Source: Synergistales bacterium (lineage in GTDB: Bacteria; Synergistota; Synergistia; Synergistales; JAFGMB01). From it: DNA of 64,000 nt. Within the stretch, counting starts at the first letter, position 1. Every line of letters begins with the position of its first letter. Made by a program: the position numbers and the translations under genes. Positions 50,933 through 59,989 of this stretch are shown piece by piece. Under the pieces are notes generated by a model. The model was not told the origin of the DNA. It worked only from the letters and a program-made list of their open reading frames with translations, and made no database searches. Location: contig OY762654.1 of assembly GCA_963666205.1 (NCBI GenBank), positions 2,432,001 to 2,496,000 on the forward strand, given 5' to 3'.

Positions 50933-52720
50933 ATGGGAAAAATAACCCATGTTGACGGAATTCATTTGCGATATGCTTTTCAAGCTGGTACCAGATGTCT
51001 GGGATCAAGCAGAGAGCATCTTAATCTGATCAATGTTTTCCCGGTCCCTGATGGGGATACTGGAACCAATATGTTTTCCACCATGAGTTATATATCCAGC
51101 CATGCTATTTTTTCAAGGTCTTTTTCAAGGACTTTTATTTCTATAGCAGAGACTGCTCTTCTTGGAGCAAGGGGAAATTCAGGGCTCATACTGGCACAAT
51201 ATCTTTATGGCCTGAGCCAGGTCTTTGACGGACATGAAAGGATATCTACAAAGGATTTCGGTCAGGGTGTCATGTTAGCTTTCCCATTCGCCTTACAGGC
51301 TCTTTCAAAACCGGAAGAGGGAACTATCATAACTGTTCTACGGGAATGGAGCCAGGCAGTAGATGAATTAAGCAGGGTTTCCCAGGATTTCATGGATGTT
51401 CTGGATCTTTCCCTTGAAACTGCCCGTCGTTCTTTGTCCCAGACCACAGAAAAACTTAAACCCCTTAAAGATGCAGGAGTTGTAGATGCCGGAGCTCTGG
51501 GTTTTGTCCGTTTTATTCAGGGGATCCTGGAATCAGGTAAAGATCGAACTACTATCTGTTATCCTTCAGATGACGGAACAATATCCCGTAATTACCTGAA
51601 ACATTCCAGCCATGATGAGTCTACTTCCTTCAGATACTGTACGGAAATATTTCTTGAAGGGATTGAAGATCTTCCTGTAGAAAAAATAAGGGAAGATCTT
51701 TCCAGGAAGGGAGATTCTCTTGTTATAAGCGGGGCAGATAAACGTCTGAGAATACATATCCATACAAATGAGCCTTCTGAAATAGCAGTTTCGCTCAAAA
51801 AATGGGGTGATCTGACCCATCAGAAGGTGGATGATATGTACAGACAGCAGAAATCTCTCTTGATCAATAATTCCCGCAATAAAGTAGCACTTCTTACCGA
51901 TTCTGCCTGCGATCTTCCACAGGAGATCCTGGATAGTTATAACATTCATGTTATACCCATGAAACTGACCATAGGTAAGGATGAATATCTGGATAAACTG
52001 ACAATAAAACCGGAACAGGTTTACAGACGGATGAATTCATCCGATGTTTTTCCTGTAAGCTCCATGCCCAGTCAAGGAGAATTTATGGAGATCTATTCGA
52101 AACTACTTGAGATTTACGATTCAGTGATAGCCATCCACCTTTCAGATAAACTGAGTGGAACCTTCAATGCCAGTTATCAGGCTGCATCAGGTCTTGGTAT
52201 GCTTCAAAGGGTCAGTGTCATAAATTCTAGAAATCTATGTGTTTCCCTTGGCCTGATAGTCCTTGAGGCTGCTTCAGCTCTTGGAAATGGTTGCGACCAC
52301 CGAGAAGTTGTCCGCATTGTAAATACCTCACTCGAGAGGGCTTTTATATATGTCAGCCTGGCAGATCTGAAGTACATGGTCCGGGGAGGAAGAATAAGCC
52401 CCATGAAGGGACATATTGCCCGTTTTCTCAACCTGAAACCAGTCATATCGGTCGATAAAGAGGGTAAGGGTATACATTGCGGCAAGGTCTGCGGAAGAAA
52501 TGCTAATCTCTCCAGAATAAGAGATCTATTCATGAGGCATTGGGTAGAGGGCAAAGTATCTCGCTATGCAGTTGTTCATGCAGGTGCAGAGGCGGAAGCA
52601 GCGGAATTCGCAGAAAAATTGTTTGAACTTACAGGAAAAAGAGTAGAGTACATAATGGAGATATCCCCGGTTATAGGTATCAACTCGGGACCAGGCTCAT
52701 TGGCTGTCGGAGGGGTTTAA
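50933..52720 (+). CDS. DAK2 (FakA-like)-DegV (FakB-like) fusion protein
   Basis: INVFPVPDGDTGTNM, GARGNSG, EGTI, VVDAG, YCTE, HIHT then TDSACDLP, SDKLSGT, GGRI, LKP. Confidence 0.9.
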   Translation: MGKITHVDGIHLRYAFQAGTRCLGSSREHLNLINVFPVPDGDTGTNMFSTMSYISSHAIFSRSFSRTFISIAETALLGARGNSGLILAQYLYGLSQVFDGHERISTKDFGQGVMLAFPFALQALSKPEEGTIITVLREWSQAVDELSRVSQDFMDVLDLSLETARRSLSQTTEKLKPLKDAGVVDAGALGFVRFIQGILESGKDRTTICYPSDDGTISRNYLKHSSHDESTSFRYCTEIFLEGIEDLPVEKIREDLSRKGDSLVISGADKRLRIHIHTNEPSEIAVSLKKWGDLTHQKVDDMYRQQKSLLINNSRNKVALLTDSACDLPQEILDSYNIHVIPMKLTIGKDEYLDKLTIKPEQVYRRMNSSDVFPVSSMPSQGEFMEIYSKLLEIYDSVIAIHLSDKLSGTFNASYQAASGLGMLQRVSVINSRNLCVSLGLIVLEAASALGNGCDHREVVRIVNTSLERAFIYVSLADLKYMVRGGRISPMKGHIARFLNLKPVISVDKEGKGIHCGKVCGRNANLSRIRDLFMRHWVEGKVSRYAVVHAGAEAEAAEFAEKLFELTGKRVEYIMEISPVIGINSGPGSLAVGGV

Positions 52721-52888
52721 ACTGATCCTGGTAGTATCTGTCATTGAATGAATCCACACCCGGGAGGGGAATTTCAAGTATTAAGCAGTATGGCGGCGTA
52801 ATACCTGTACAGGCACTGTTTTCCAAGGCCAGTAGTCTATAAATGCCTCTGACCTCAAATATATAGCACTATATACCGAGGGGGTATC

Positions 52889-52917
52889 TTGACACAAATG
52901 TTCTTATGAACTAATAT
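52889..52917 (+). promoter_or_regulatory. sigma70-type promoter
   Basis: TTGACA-17 bp-TAATAT. Confidence 0.72.
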
Positions 52918-52920
52918 ATA

Positions 52921-53324
52921 GATGCCAGGACAAAGAAGGCGAAAGTTCAGTGGAAGTAGTTCTTGGCATTGCCGGGTTATCTGGATTTTTTGCAGTAGAT
53001 CCAATGTACCAGATGTACGGCACAAAGAAACGAAAAGTTGTAAGTTTTACGAGTAGATTGTAGGGTAATCAGGTTAGTGTAAGTGAAGGAGTTGTTAGTT
53101 TGGAGCAACACTTTTCAAACCAGATAACCCGGCCTATTTGCAAAGGAGGGAACCGGAAAATAGGAATAAGATCAGTTCCCGTTACCGAAAAACCGAATAT
53201 GGACATATTGACAGGGTGACGAACCCTGGGAGAGCTGCATAAGGCTCAGAGCAGTCCGTGAGTTAGCCGGGCTTGTCTCAGAAAAACAGATCAGGGAGGG
53301 CGGTTTTTACCGTCCTCCCTTTTA
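52921..53324 (+). ncRNA. candidate large structured non-coding RNA (~400 nt), family not recognised
   Basis: no ORF in track; promoter upstream, terminator downstream; 14-bp long-range helix 52971-52984/53120-53133 and several hairpins with G.U pairs on the + strand. Confidence 0.6.
53293..53324 (+). terminator. rho-independent terminator
   Basis: AGGGAGGGCGGT-TTTT-ACCGTCCTCCCT followed by TTTATTATTT; G.U pair favours + strand. Confidence 0.8.
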
Positions 53325-53771
53325 TTATTTCTTTTCAGGCTGATATACAAGAACTGAGCAGGGAGAATGCCTTACCACTTTTGCTGCTACGCTTCCTATG
53401 AAGAACTGTGACAGATCAGATAATCCCCTGTTTCCTATCAGAATGATCTGATAATTCTCCTTCTCAGCCCTGATTATGATCTCTTCACAGGGTATTCCAT
53501 ATGTTATTATGAAATTGTATGGAGTGGTCAGACCTTCCAAATCCTTAACAGATTCTTCAACAAGAGCAGCAAATTTTTTTCGAAGATCTTCCTCTGTGAG
53601 GGGTGCGGTTTTTCCCTCAGCATCCCATCCATCAACCCTATGTGTCTTTTTCCCCCAGACATGGATAAAATCAAGATGGTCTATATCATTTCGTTCAGCG
53701 TATTTAAATGAATATTTAACCAGAGCTTTACTTGTTTGACTGTAGTCTACTGCAACCAGAGCCTTTTTCAC
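53325..53771 (-). CDS. universal stress protein (Usp family)
   Basis: LVAVDYS, IGNRG, FFIGSVAAKVVRHSPCSVLV. Confidence 0.9.
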   Translation of the reverse strand: MKKALVAVDYSQTSKALVKYSFKYAERNDIDHLDFIHVWGKKTHRVDGWDAEGKTAPLTEEDLRKKFAALVEESVKDLEGLTTPYNFIITYGIPCEEIIIRAEKENYQIILIGNRGLSDLSQFFIGSVAAKVVRHSPCSVLVYQPEKK

Positions 53772-54000
53772 AAATATTACCTCCCTCTTTACACTCTACC
53801 TGATTATTATACGACAGTTTATCCAATTCCATTTAAAACTTATTCTTCATGGAAAATAGAAGGTGTTTTTTTGTCTTAAATTCCTCATGACGCCAGACTA
53901 ACGTGGTAATATAGTGTAAAATACATTATAAATAAAGAATTTATTCAAGGGGATTATTTCAGGAACCTTTTCCCAAGCCTTATATGAGAGGTGAATCGAC

Positions 54001-54336
54001 ATGGATAAGATGGATAGAAATGAATTTGAACAGTATTCATTATTACGTAAAAAACTGGAGCTACGTTGTGAGCAGTTATGTCATGTTTATGTAGAGCAAT
54101 ATTATAATCTCGAGAAGGATGACAGGCAGATATTTATTACTAATCTTGAAATTGGGAAAAGCGGACGCATTCTTATCCAGTATGTTGATGGGGATATGGA
54201 GGAAAAACTTTATCTTCCTCCCGAATATCTATGGAGAACCGATGAAGAGGTAAGGGTATTAATGTCCATTGACAAGGAGAAAAAGGAGGTATCTCTCAGA
54301 GAGCATCGAGAAGAGCATCGCAAAAAAGATGATTAA
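54001..54336 (+). CDS. hypothetical protein
   Basis: 111-aa ORF with GAGGTG Shine-Dalgarno. Confidence 0.65.
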   Translation: MDKMDRNEFEQYSLLRKKLELRCEQLCHVYVEQYYNLEKDDRQIFITNLEIGKSGRILIQYVDGDMEEKLYLPPEYLWRTDEEVRVLMSIDKEKKEVSLREHREEHRKKDD

Positions 54337-54384
54337 CAGGTGCTTCCTGCTATAGTCGATCCGGTATTTTTCTGGAGGAATAGA

Positions 54385-54831
54385 ATGAAAAAAACCAATG
54401 CTGTCAGGTTGGTTGAAAAGCTGGGGATGAATGTTGATGTTTCTGTGTATCCGGTGGGTGATTCGGATCTCAGCGCTGTTAGTGTAGCGGGTAGATCAGG
54501 CATAGCAGGTTAGCGTATTTTTAATACCCTCGTTGTCAGTATTGATAAAGGAGTAATACTTCTTCCCTGTATTCCTGGAGACAGGGAACTGGATCTCAAG
54601 GCCTTTGCCGGGGCAAACGGCAACAAGAATGTGTAAATGGTTCATATGAAAGAGATCCAGGCTCTCACAGGTTGCATTCGTGGAAGAGTTTCACCCCTTG
54701 GTACCAAAAAGGATTACACTTTGTTATAGATCAAAGCATAATGGATCAACCTTCTATAATATGTTGGTGCAGGTAAAAGGGGACTTAAGATGCTTATCGC
54801 TCCTGAGGATCTTCTAAAGGCTTCAATGTGA
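54385..54831 (+). pseudogene. ybaK: Cys-tRNA(Pro) deacylase YbaK/EbsC pseudogene
   Basis: MKKTNAVRL..., then shifted frames [38 protein letters not shown]...APEDL with internal stops and frameshifts. Confidence 0.82.
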
Positions 54832-54893
54832 AGGCTTTGTTCGATCGTGTCCAAAAAATAAACTTTTCAATTCGGGTTAGAAAGGGTAAGGGG

Positions 54894-55307
54894 ATGAAAA
54901 ACAATCTGTTTCTTCTTGGAGTTTGCTGCCTGATCTTTTCAGTTACCCGTTGTCACGCAGGTTCTGCTATTCTTGAGGGTGATTTCAGAGAAGTCTTTGT
55001 GAATGAAGAAAATTCATGGTATCTTGATATGGGAAAATTAAAGCCTCTTGTCCTCCCTGAAGGAGAAAATGGATGGGAGGTTTATTTAAAACGTGATTAC
55101 AAAACTGGAGCTGTAACAGAGGTTTATCAGGTTCTCTTCAAGAAAAATCCCCCCTCTTTCAAGCTGCTTGATTCCTATGTGTTTGATATTGATGGAGATC
55201 TAGTGGATCAGTGAAGTATCCAGTCGGATTGGGTCCAGTGGAGACCTGTTGAAAAGGATTCTGTTGAAGAACATGTTTTCCGGATATTGATGGACCTGGA
55301 TCTTTGA
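54894..55307 (+). pseudogene. exported protein interrupted by in-frame TGA at 55212-55214
   Basis: signal peptide; frame continues after TGA as SIQSDWVQWRPVEKDSVEEHVFRILMDLDL. Confidence 0.45.
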
Positions 55308-55382
55308 TCTCTTTTGTGTTTTTGGTTATTATCCGTGGCTCCTGGCTTTATCGTGTATATGAACTGATCTTTTATAGCAAAA

Positions 55383-56366
55383 ATGTCCATAAAAATTAAT
55401 GGTTATAAAATTGTTCCCAATCTACATATCTTTCTTTCTGAGAGGCGATCTCCCTTGGCTGAAGCAATGATTATAGATGGGCATGCCCTTGCCTTTAGAG
55501 CGTTTTTTGGTTGTTCCTTTCCCCCTTCTTCTCCTTCGGGAGTACCGGTGAATGCCCTTTACGGCTTCGGTTCAATCCTCGTCAGTTTTCTTGAAAGATG
55601 GGATCCCGACATGGTAAGTTTCGTCTTTGACAGCCCGGGACCAAAGTTCCGCAATGAAATGTATTCTGAATATAAGGCCAACAGGCCGAAGGCCCCGGAG
55701 GATTTTATTGTCCAGTTACCTCTTATTATTGATTTTATAAAATGTCTGGGGTTCCCCGTCCTTTCCATAGGGGGGATAGAGGCAGATGATGTCATAGCAT
55801 CCCTTGCCATAAGTCTTTCAAATGATGGGAACAGGGTAAGGATAATGTCCCCGGATAAGGATTTCTGCCAGATCCTTGATGAAGGAGATATCGTTCTTAC
55901 GAGGCCTCCTGCGGGGAAATACTGTGATTACAGAGATGTCGATGCCCCTTCTTTCAGGAGTGAATTCGGTTTTGCCCCTCCATTGATGGTGGACTACCTT
56001 GCTCTTCTGGGGGATCGTGCTGACAATGTTCCCGGAGTAAGGGGAATAGGAAAGAAAGGTGCTCTGAAACTTGTACAGGATCATGGGGGTATTGAGCAGA
56101 TATATGAAAACCTTTCGAGCCTTACCCTTCCGGTAAGAACCAGACTGGAACAGGGTCGTGATTCAGCCTTCCTGTCCAGGGACCTGATCCGGTTGAAAAC
56201 AGGAGTGGATATTCAGGAAAGGCCCTGCACACCATGTAATTGCGACAGAGACAGGCTCAAAGAATTCTGCTCCGAAAATAATGTCTACAGGTTATATGAA
56301 AGATGTGTAAATTCTTCCATGAAACATTCCATTGAGAAAATAGAAGAGGAAGTCCTCTATATCTAG
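55383..56366 (+). CDS. stand-alone 5'-3' exonuclease/flap endonuclease (PolI N-terminal domain)
   Basis: IIDGHALAFRAFF, YKANR, EADDVIASL, DKD, GDRADNVPGVRGIGKK; no polymerase domain; true start probably near 55456-55468. Confidence 0.88.
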   Translation: MSIKINGYKIVPNLHIFLSERRSPLAEAMIIDGHALAFRAFFGCSFPPSSPSGVPVNALYGFGSILVSFLERWDPDMVSFVFDSPGPKFRNEMYSEYKANRPKAPEDFIVQLPLIIDFIKCLGFPVLSIGGIEADDVIASLAISLSNDGNRVRIMSPDKDFCQILDEGDIVLTRPPAGKYCDYRDVDAPSFRSEFGFAPPLMVDYLALLGDRADNVPGVRGIGKKGALKLVQDHGGIEQIYENLSSLTLPVRTRLEQGRDSAFLSRDLIRLKTGVDIQERPCTPCNCDRDRLKEFCSENNVYRLYERCVNSSMKHSIEKIEEEVLYI

Positions 56367-56500
56367 CTTTATTCTGTATATTCATAAACCCTCTGTTTCC
56401 TGGTATATCTTCAGAAAAAGAGTATTTAAGGGATTTTTTTATAGTGTTATGATTGAAGATCCTGAAGATCATATAAGCTTAAGCCATTAGATTTTACGGG

Positions 56501-57877
56501 GTGTATGAAATGGATAAAACTGAAAGAATGGGGAACAGGCCGATACCTGAGTTGCTTTTACACTTCGCAGCTCCTGCAATTACCGGGCTGATCGTAAATG
56601 CTCTCTACAATATAGTGGACAGGATCTTTATCGGTCATGCCGTGGGGCCCGCCGGAATCGCTGCCATTACAGTTTCCTTTCCTTTCATGATGGCTGTTAT
56701 AGCCTATGGGATACTTGTAGGAGTGGGTTCTTCCTCCCTTATCTCAATTTTTCTTGGTGAAAAGAATATAGAAAAAGCCGAATCCGTTCTGGGTAACGGT
56801 GTCCTGCTGATACTGGCAGGGGGTTTACTCTGTGCCCTTGCAGGGGCCTTTTCCCTTGATGCTGTTCTGAAACTCAGTGGAGCCAGCGAATATATCCTGC
56901 CTTACGGTAGAACATACCTCGGTATAATACTTTTTGGTATTCCCTTTTCGAGCATCAGTTTCGGTTTTAATTATTTCATTCGGGCAGAGGGCAGACCCGA
57001 TCATGCCATGTTCACCCTTATCATAGGAGCTGTCCTTAATATAATCCTTGATTGGCTTTTTATCATAGTCTTTTCCATGGGAATAGCAGGTGCTGCCTTT
57101 GCAACGGTTCTTGCCCAGGTAGCTGCTTCATGCTGGGTATTCTCATTTTACTTTGGTCACAAGGGTAACCTCCATATTCGCCTGATGGCACTTTTCCCCC
57201 GAAAAGAGATCATGAAGAAGATCCTGATAATAGGAGCATCTCCATTTCTCATGGAAATGACCTTTACTGTGATCCTTATCCTTTTCAACAGGGTGATCTA
57301 TGCGTATGGAGGAGATATTGCTATATCTGCAGTCGGAATATTCTTCAGCCTTGATTCCCTGCTTTTTCTACCTGTCCTTGGAATAGGAGAAGGCCTTCAA
57401 CCCCTGGTAGGCTATAACTATGGTGCCAGGGTCTACTCCAGGGTCATCCATGCTGTTAAACTGGCCATGATGAGTGCTGTCGGGTTTTTCCTGATAAGTT
57501 TCACAATTATCATGTTGTTTCCCTATCCCCTGGTCCATCTCTTCAATACGACAAGCGAGGAGCTGATCGACCTCACCATCAGGGGTATGCGTCTTGGCTA
57601 TATGGGGCTTCCAGTGGCAGGAGTGACCATTATAACAAGTTTCACTCTGCAGGCTTTAGGAAAGGCAAGGGAAAGTCTGATCCTTAACATTTTCAGGCAG
57701 GTCATTTTTTTTATTCCCTGTCTGATAATACTTCCGAAATATGTCGGGCTGGATGGAGTATGGCTGTCTCTCCCCGTTTCAGATGTTCTAGGAGGAATTC
57801 TGGCAGGAATAATTATCAAACAGGAGATAGGGTCAATGAGAAAGAAAGAGAGGGCTTTATTTTCCAGAGTGACATAA
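56501..57877 (+). CDS. MATE family efflux transporter (MepA-like)
   Basis: ALYNIVDRIFIG, IRAEG, NIILDWLFI...GIAGAAFAT, QPLVGYNYGA. Confidence 0.92.
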   Translation: MYEMDKTERMGNRPIPELLLHFAAPAITGLIVNALYNIVDRIFIGHAVGPAGIAAITVSFPFMMAVIAYGILVGVGSSSLISIFLGEKNIEKAESVLGNGVLLILAGGLLCALAGAFSLDAVLKLSGASEYILPYGRTYLGIILFGIPFSSISFGFNYFIRAEGRPDHAMFTLIIGAVLNIILDWLFIIVFSMGIAGAAFATVLAQVAASCWVFSFYFGHKGNLHIRLMALFPRKEIMKKILIIGASPFLMEMTFTVILILFNRVIYAYGGDIAISAVGIFFSLDSLLFLPVLGIGEGLQPLVGYNYGARVYSRVIHAVKLAMMSAVGFFLISFTIIMLFPYPLVHLFNTTSEELIDLTIRGMRLGYMGLPVAGVTIITSFTLQALGKARESLILNIFRQVIFFIPCLIILPKYVGLDGVWLSLPVSDVLGGILAGIIIKQEIGSMRKKERALFSRVT

Positions 57878-57894
57878 CAGTTTTTATGCAGAAG

Positions 57895-58107
57895 TCAAAG
57901 AATTTCAAAGGAGATCGCTTTTACAGGACATGTCCTTATGCACCTTCCGCAACCCAGGCATTTCCTGTAATCTTCAATAATCTCTCTTTCAGAGAAAGTA
58001 AAACATCCGGCAGGACATACTTCGGCACAGGTCCTGCAGCCGGTACATTTATCAGTATCCAGAATAGGGATAGCCAAGGTTTGATCACCAGCCTTTCCAG
58101 GTGCCAA
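57895..58107 (-). CDS. 4Fe-4S dicluster ferredoxin
   Basis: CTGCRTCAEVCP and CLGCGRCIRTCP. Confidence 0.85.
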   Translation of the reverse strand: MAPGKAGDQTLAIPILDTDKCTGCRTCAEVCPAGCFTFSEREIIEDYRKCLGCGRCIRTCPVKAISFEIL

Positions 58108-58139
58108 GGATAAAGGCTCTGCTTCCTTTGGTCAATATC

Positions 58140-59153
58140 TCAGCTATCCTTTAAATTTACGATTATTCTCCCTGATGATCTGCCTTCAAGCATCTGAAAG
58201 ATATATTTCTCAAGTTCATCAAGATATATTTCCCTGACCCTCTGCAGGAGTTCACAGGGTTTCCATGTCGTTGAAAGCTTCTGCCATATACTTGTCTTAA
58301 GTTCCAGTGGACTTTCTGCCGAGGCTATTCCCAGAAGGCTCACTCCCCTGATTATGAAAGGGTATACGGTCAGTCCACTCAGTGATGCACCAGCCACATT
58401 CCCGCAAGTGGTAACTACTCCTCCATATTTTGTTGATTTCAGGGCAGAAACCAGCACTGGTCCCCCAACTGTATCAATTACACCTGCCCATCTTGAAGAA
58501 AGTAGGCCCTTTTCAATATTGTCTACCAGATCCTCTGGAGTAAGTATCCTGTTTATTCCTATTCTTTCAAGAAAAGCTGTGTCTTTCCCCCCAGGAATCA
58601 GGGCAACGACCTGATAACCTTCTTTTTTTAGAATAACAGCGGCGTGGCTCCCCACACCGCCAGTCGTTCCTGTTACCAGGATTTCCCCATCATCGGGTCG
58701 TATCCCGCTATCCATAAGCTTTTTGACAGAAAGAGCCCCTGCGAATCCAGCTGTTCCTATGGCCATAGCCTCCCATGGTGTAATCAGACCCGGAAGCCTG
58801 AGAGCCCAACTGGAGGGAATACTGATATATTGTCCGAATCCTCCAGGAGTGTTCATACCCAGATCATATCCCGTTACCATAACCATGTCTCCTGGAGAAA
58901 AAGCATCATCTATGCTTTTTATAACTTCTCCGGAAGCATCTACACCGGGAGTATGAGGATACCTCCTGGTGATACCTTTATTACCTGTTGCCGAAAGGGC
59001 ATCTTTATAATTCAGTGATGAGTAATGGACCCTGATCAGAAGATCTCCCGGAGGAAGATCTTCTGTTGTCCTGTAACCGGTAGATCTTTGGAATGAACCA
59101 TCGGACATCTCCGTCACTACGAAGGCTTTATATGTTATATTCAGGGTAATCAA
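58140..59153 (-). CDS. YhdH/AcuI-family quinone oxidoreductase (acryloyl-CoA reductase-like)
   Basis: YSSLNYKDAL, PHTPGVD, AMAIGTAGF, TGGVGS, PFIIRGVSLLGI. Confidence 0.88.
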   Translation of the reverse strand: MITLNITYKAFVVTEMSDGSFQRSTGYRTTEDLPPGDLLIRVHYSSLNYKDALSATGNKGITRRYPHTPGVDASGEVIKSIDDAFSPGDMVMVTGYDLGMNTPGGFGQYISIPSSWALRLPGLITPWEAMAIGTAGFAGALSVKKLMDSGIRPDDGEILVTGTTGGVGSHAAVILKKEGYQVVALIPGGKDTAFLERIGINRILTPEDLVDNIEKGLLSSRWAGVIDTVGGPVLVSALKSTKYGGVVTTCGNVAGASLSGLTVYPFIIRGVSLLGIASAESPLELKTSIWQKLSTTWKPCELLQRVREIYLDELEKYIFQMLEGRSSGRIIVNLKDS

Positions 59154-59213
59154 CCTCCTATTTTAAATGATGTGTTAAAGTAATATCTGAATTTTACAGG
59201 GGAGGTCATTAAA

Positions 59214-59948
59214 ATGCCAGGTCTGATTGGAGAAGAGTTCATTAAAAGAACATGTTATGAATATCTGGAAGAATCTGACCAGTTCAAGGGTATCCCCCAG
59301 CCCCCCCTTGAGCTTAAAGGAGATCCGTCAAGAGAAAGGATATATCTTCCTCCCCCCGGAGATCTGAATACTGATGGAATTGACCTGAGAAGAGCCATTG
59401 AGGGGCGGATAAGCCTTCGTAGTTTCCGGAATATTCCTGTGTCACTTGAGGATCTGTCCTTACTCCTATGGTTTACCCAGGGGGTAAGGGAAAAACATCC
59501 CGAAGCAACTCTCAGAAACGTTCCCTCTGCAGGAGCGAGACATCCTCTGGAAACATACATGGTTATCAACAACGCAGAGGGACTCTCTCCCGGGCTTTAC
59601 AGGTTTCTTGCCATTGAGCATGAACTGGAAATTCTAGACCTGTCATCCCGGATAAAAAATGACATCTACATTGCCTGTCTTAAACAGGACTTTGTAAGGA
59701 AGTGTGCTGTACATTTCATCTGGGTTGCCCATATATATAGATCAGCATGGAGATATGATGAGAGGGCGTACAGATATGTTTTCCTCGATGCCGGTCACAC
59801 ATGCCAGAACCTTTATCTCGCTTCAGGTCTTGTCGGATGCGGTACTTGCGCGGTAGCAGCTTTTCATGACCAGTCCGTCTGTGATCTTCTGGGCATAGAC
59901 GGAAGAAGCCTTTTCCCGGTCTATATGGCCTCTGTGGGTAAAAAATAA
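59214..59948 (+). CDS. SagB/ThcOx-like nitroreductase-family protein
   Basis: RISLRSF, RNVPSAGARHPLE, YDERAYRYVFLDAGH. Confidence 0.87.
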   Translation: MPGLIGEEFIKRTCYEYLEESDQFKGIPQPPLELKGDPSRERIYLPPPGDLNTDGIDLRRAIEGRISLRSFRNIPVSLEDLSLLLWFTQGVREKHPEATLRNVPSAGARHPLETYMVINNAEGLSPGLYRFLAIEHELEILDLSSRIKNDIYIACLKQDFVRKCAVHFIWVAHIYRSAWRYDERAYRYVFLDAGHTCQNLYLASGLVGCGTCAVAAFHDQSVCDLLGIDGRSLFPVYMASVGKK

Positions 59949-59974
59949 GGGAGGGGAAAATCCCCTCCCTTATT
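59944..59974. terminator. bidirectional terminator
   Basis: AATAAGGGAGGGGA-AAA-TCCCCTCCCTTATT between convergent genes. Confidence 0.75.
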
Positions 59975-59989
59975 CAGGGTCCCTATCTG

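Noticed and set aside
53100-53219. 39-aa TTG-start ORF inside the candidate ncRNA
   Set aside because: No recognisable protein features and it crosses several helices; not excluded without conservation data
52921-53324. tmRNA, RNase P, SRP RNA, T-box or riboswitch
   Set aside because: Diagnostic sequences not found by eye and the downstream gene is convergent; 6S RNA not fully excluded but length and branching differ
59214-59948. RiPP (azole) biosynthetic cluster
   Set aside because: Stand-alone SagB-like gene; no YcaO, precursor peptide or transporter nearby
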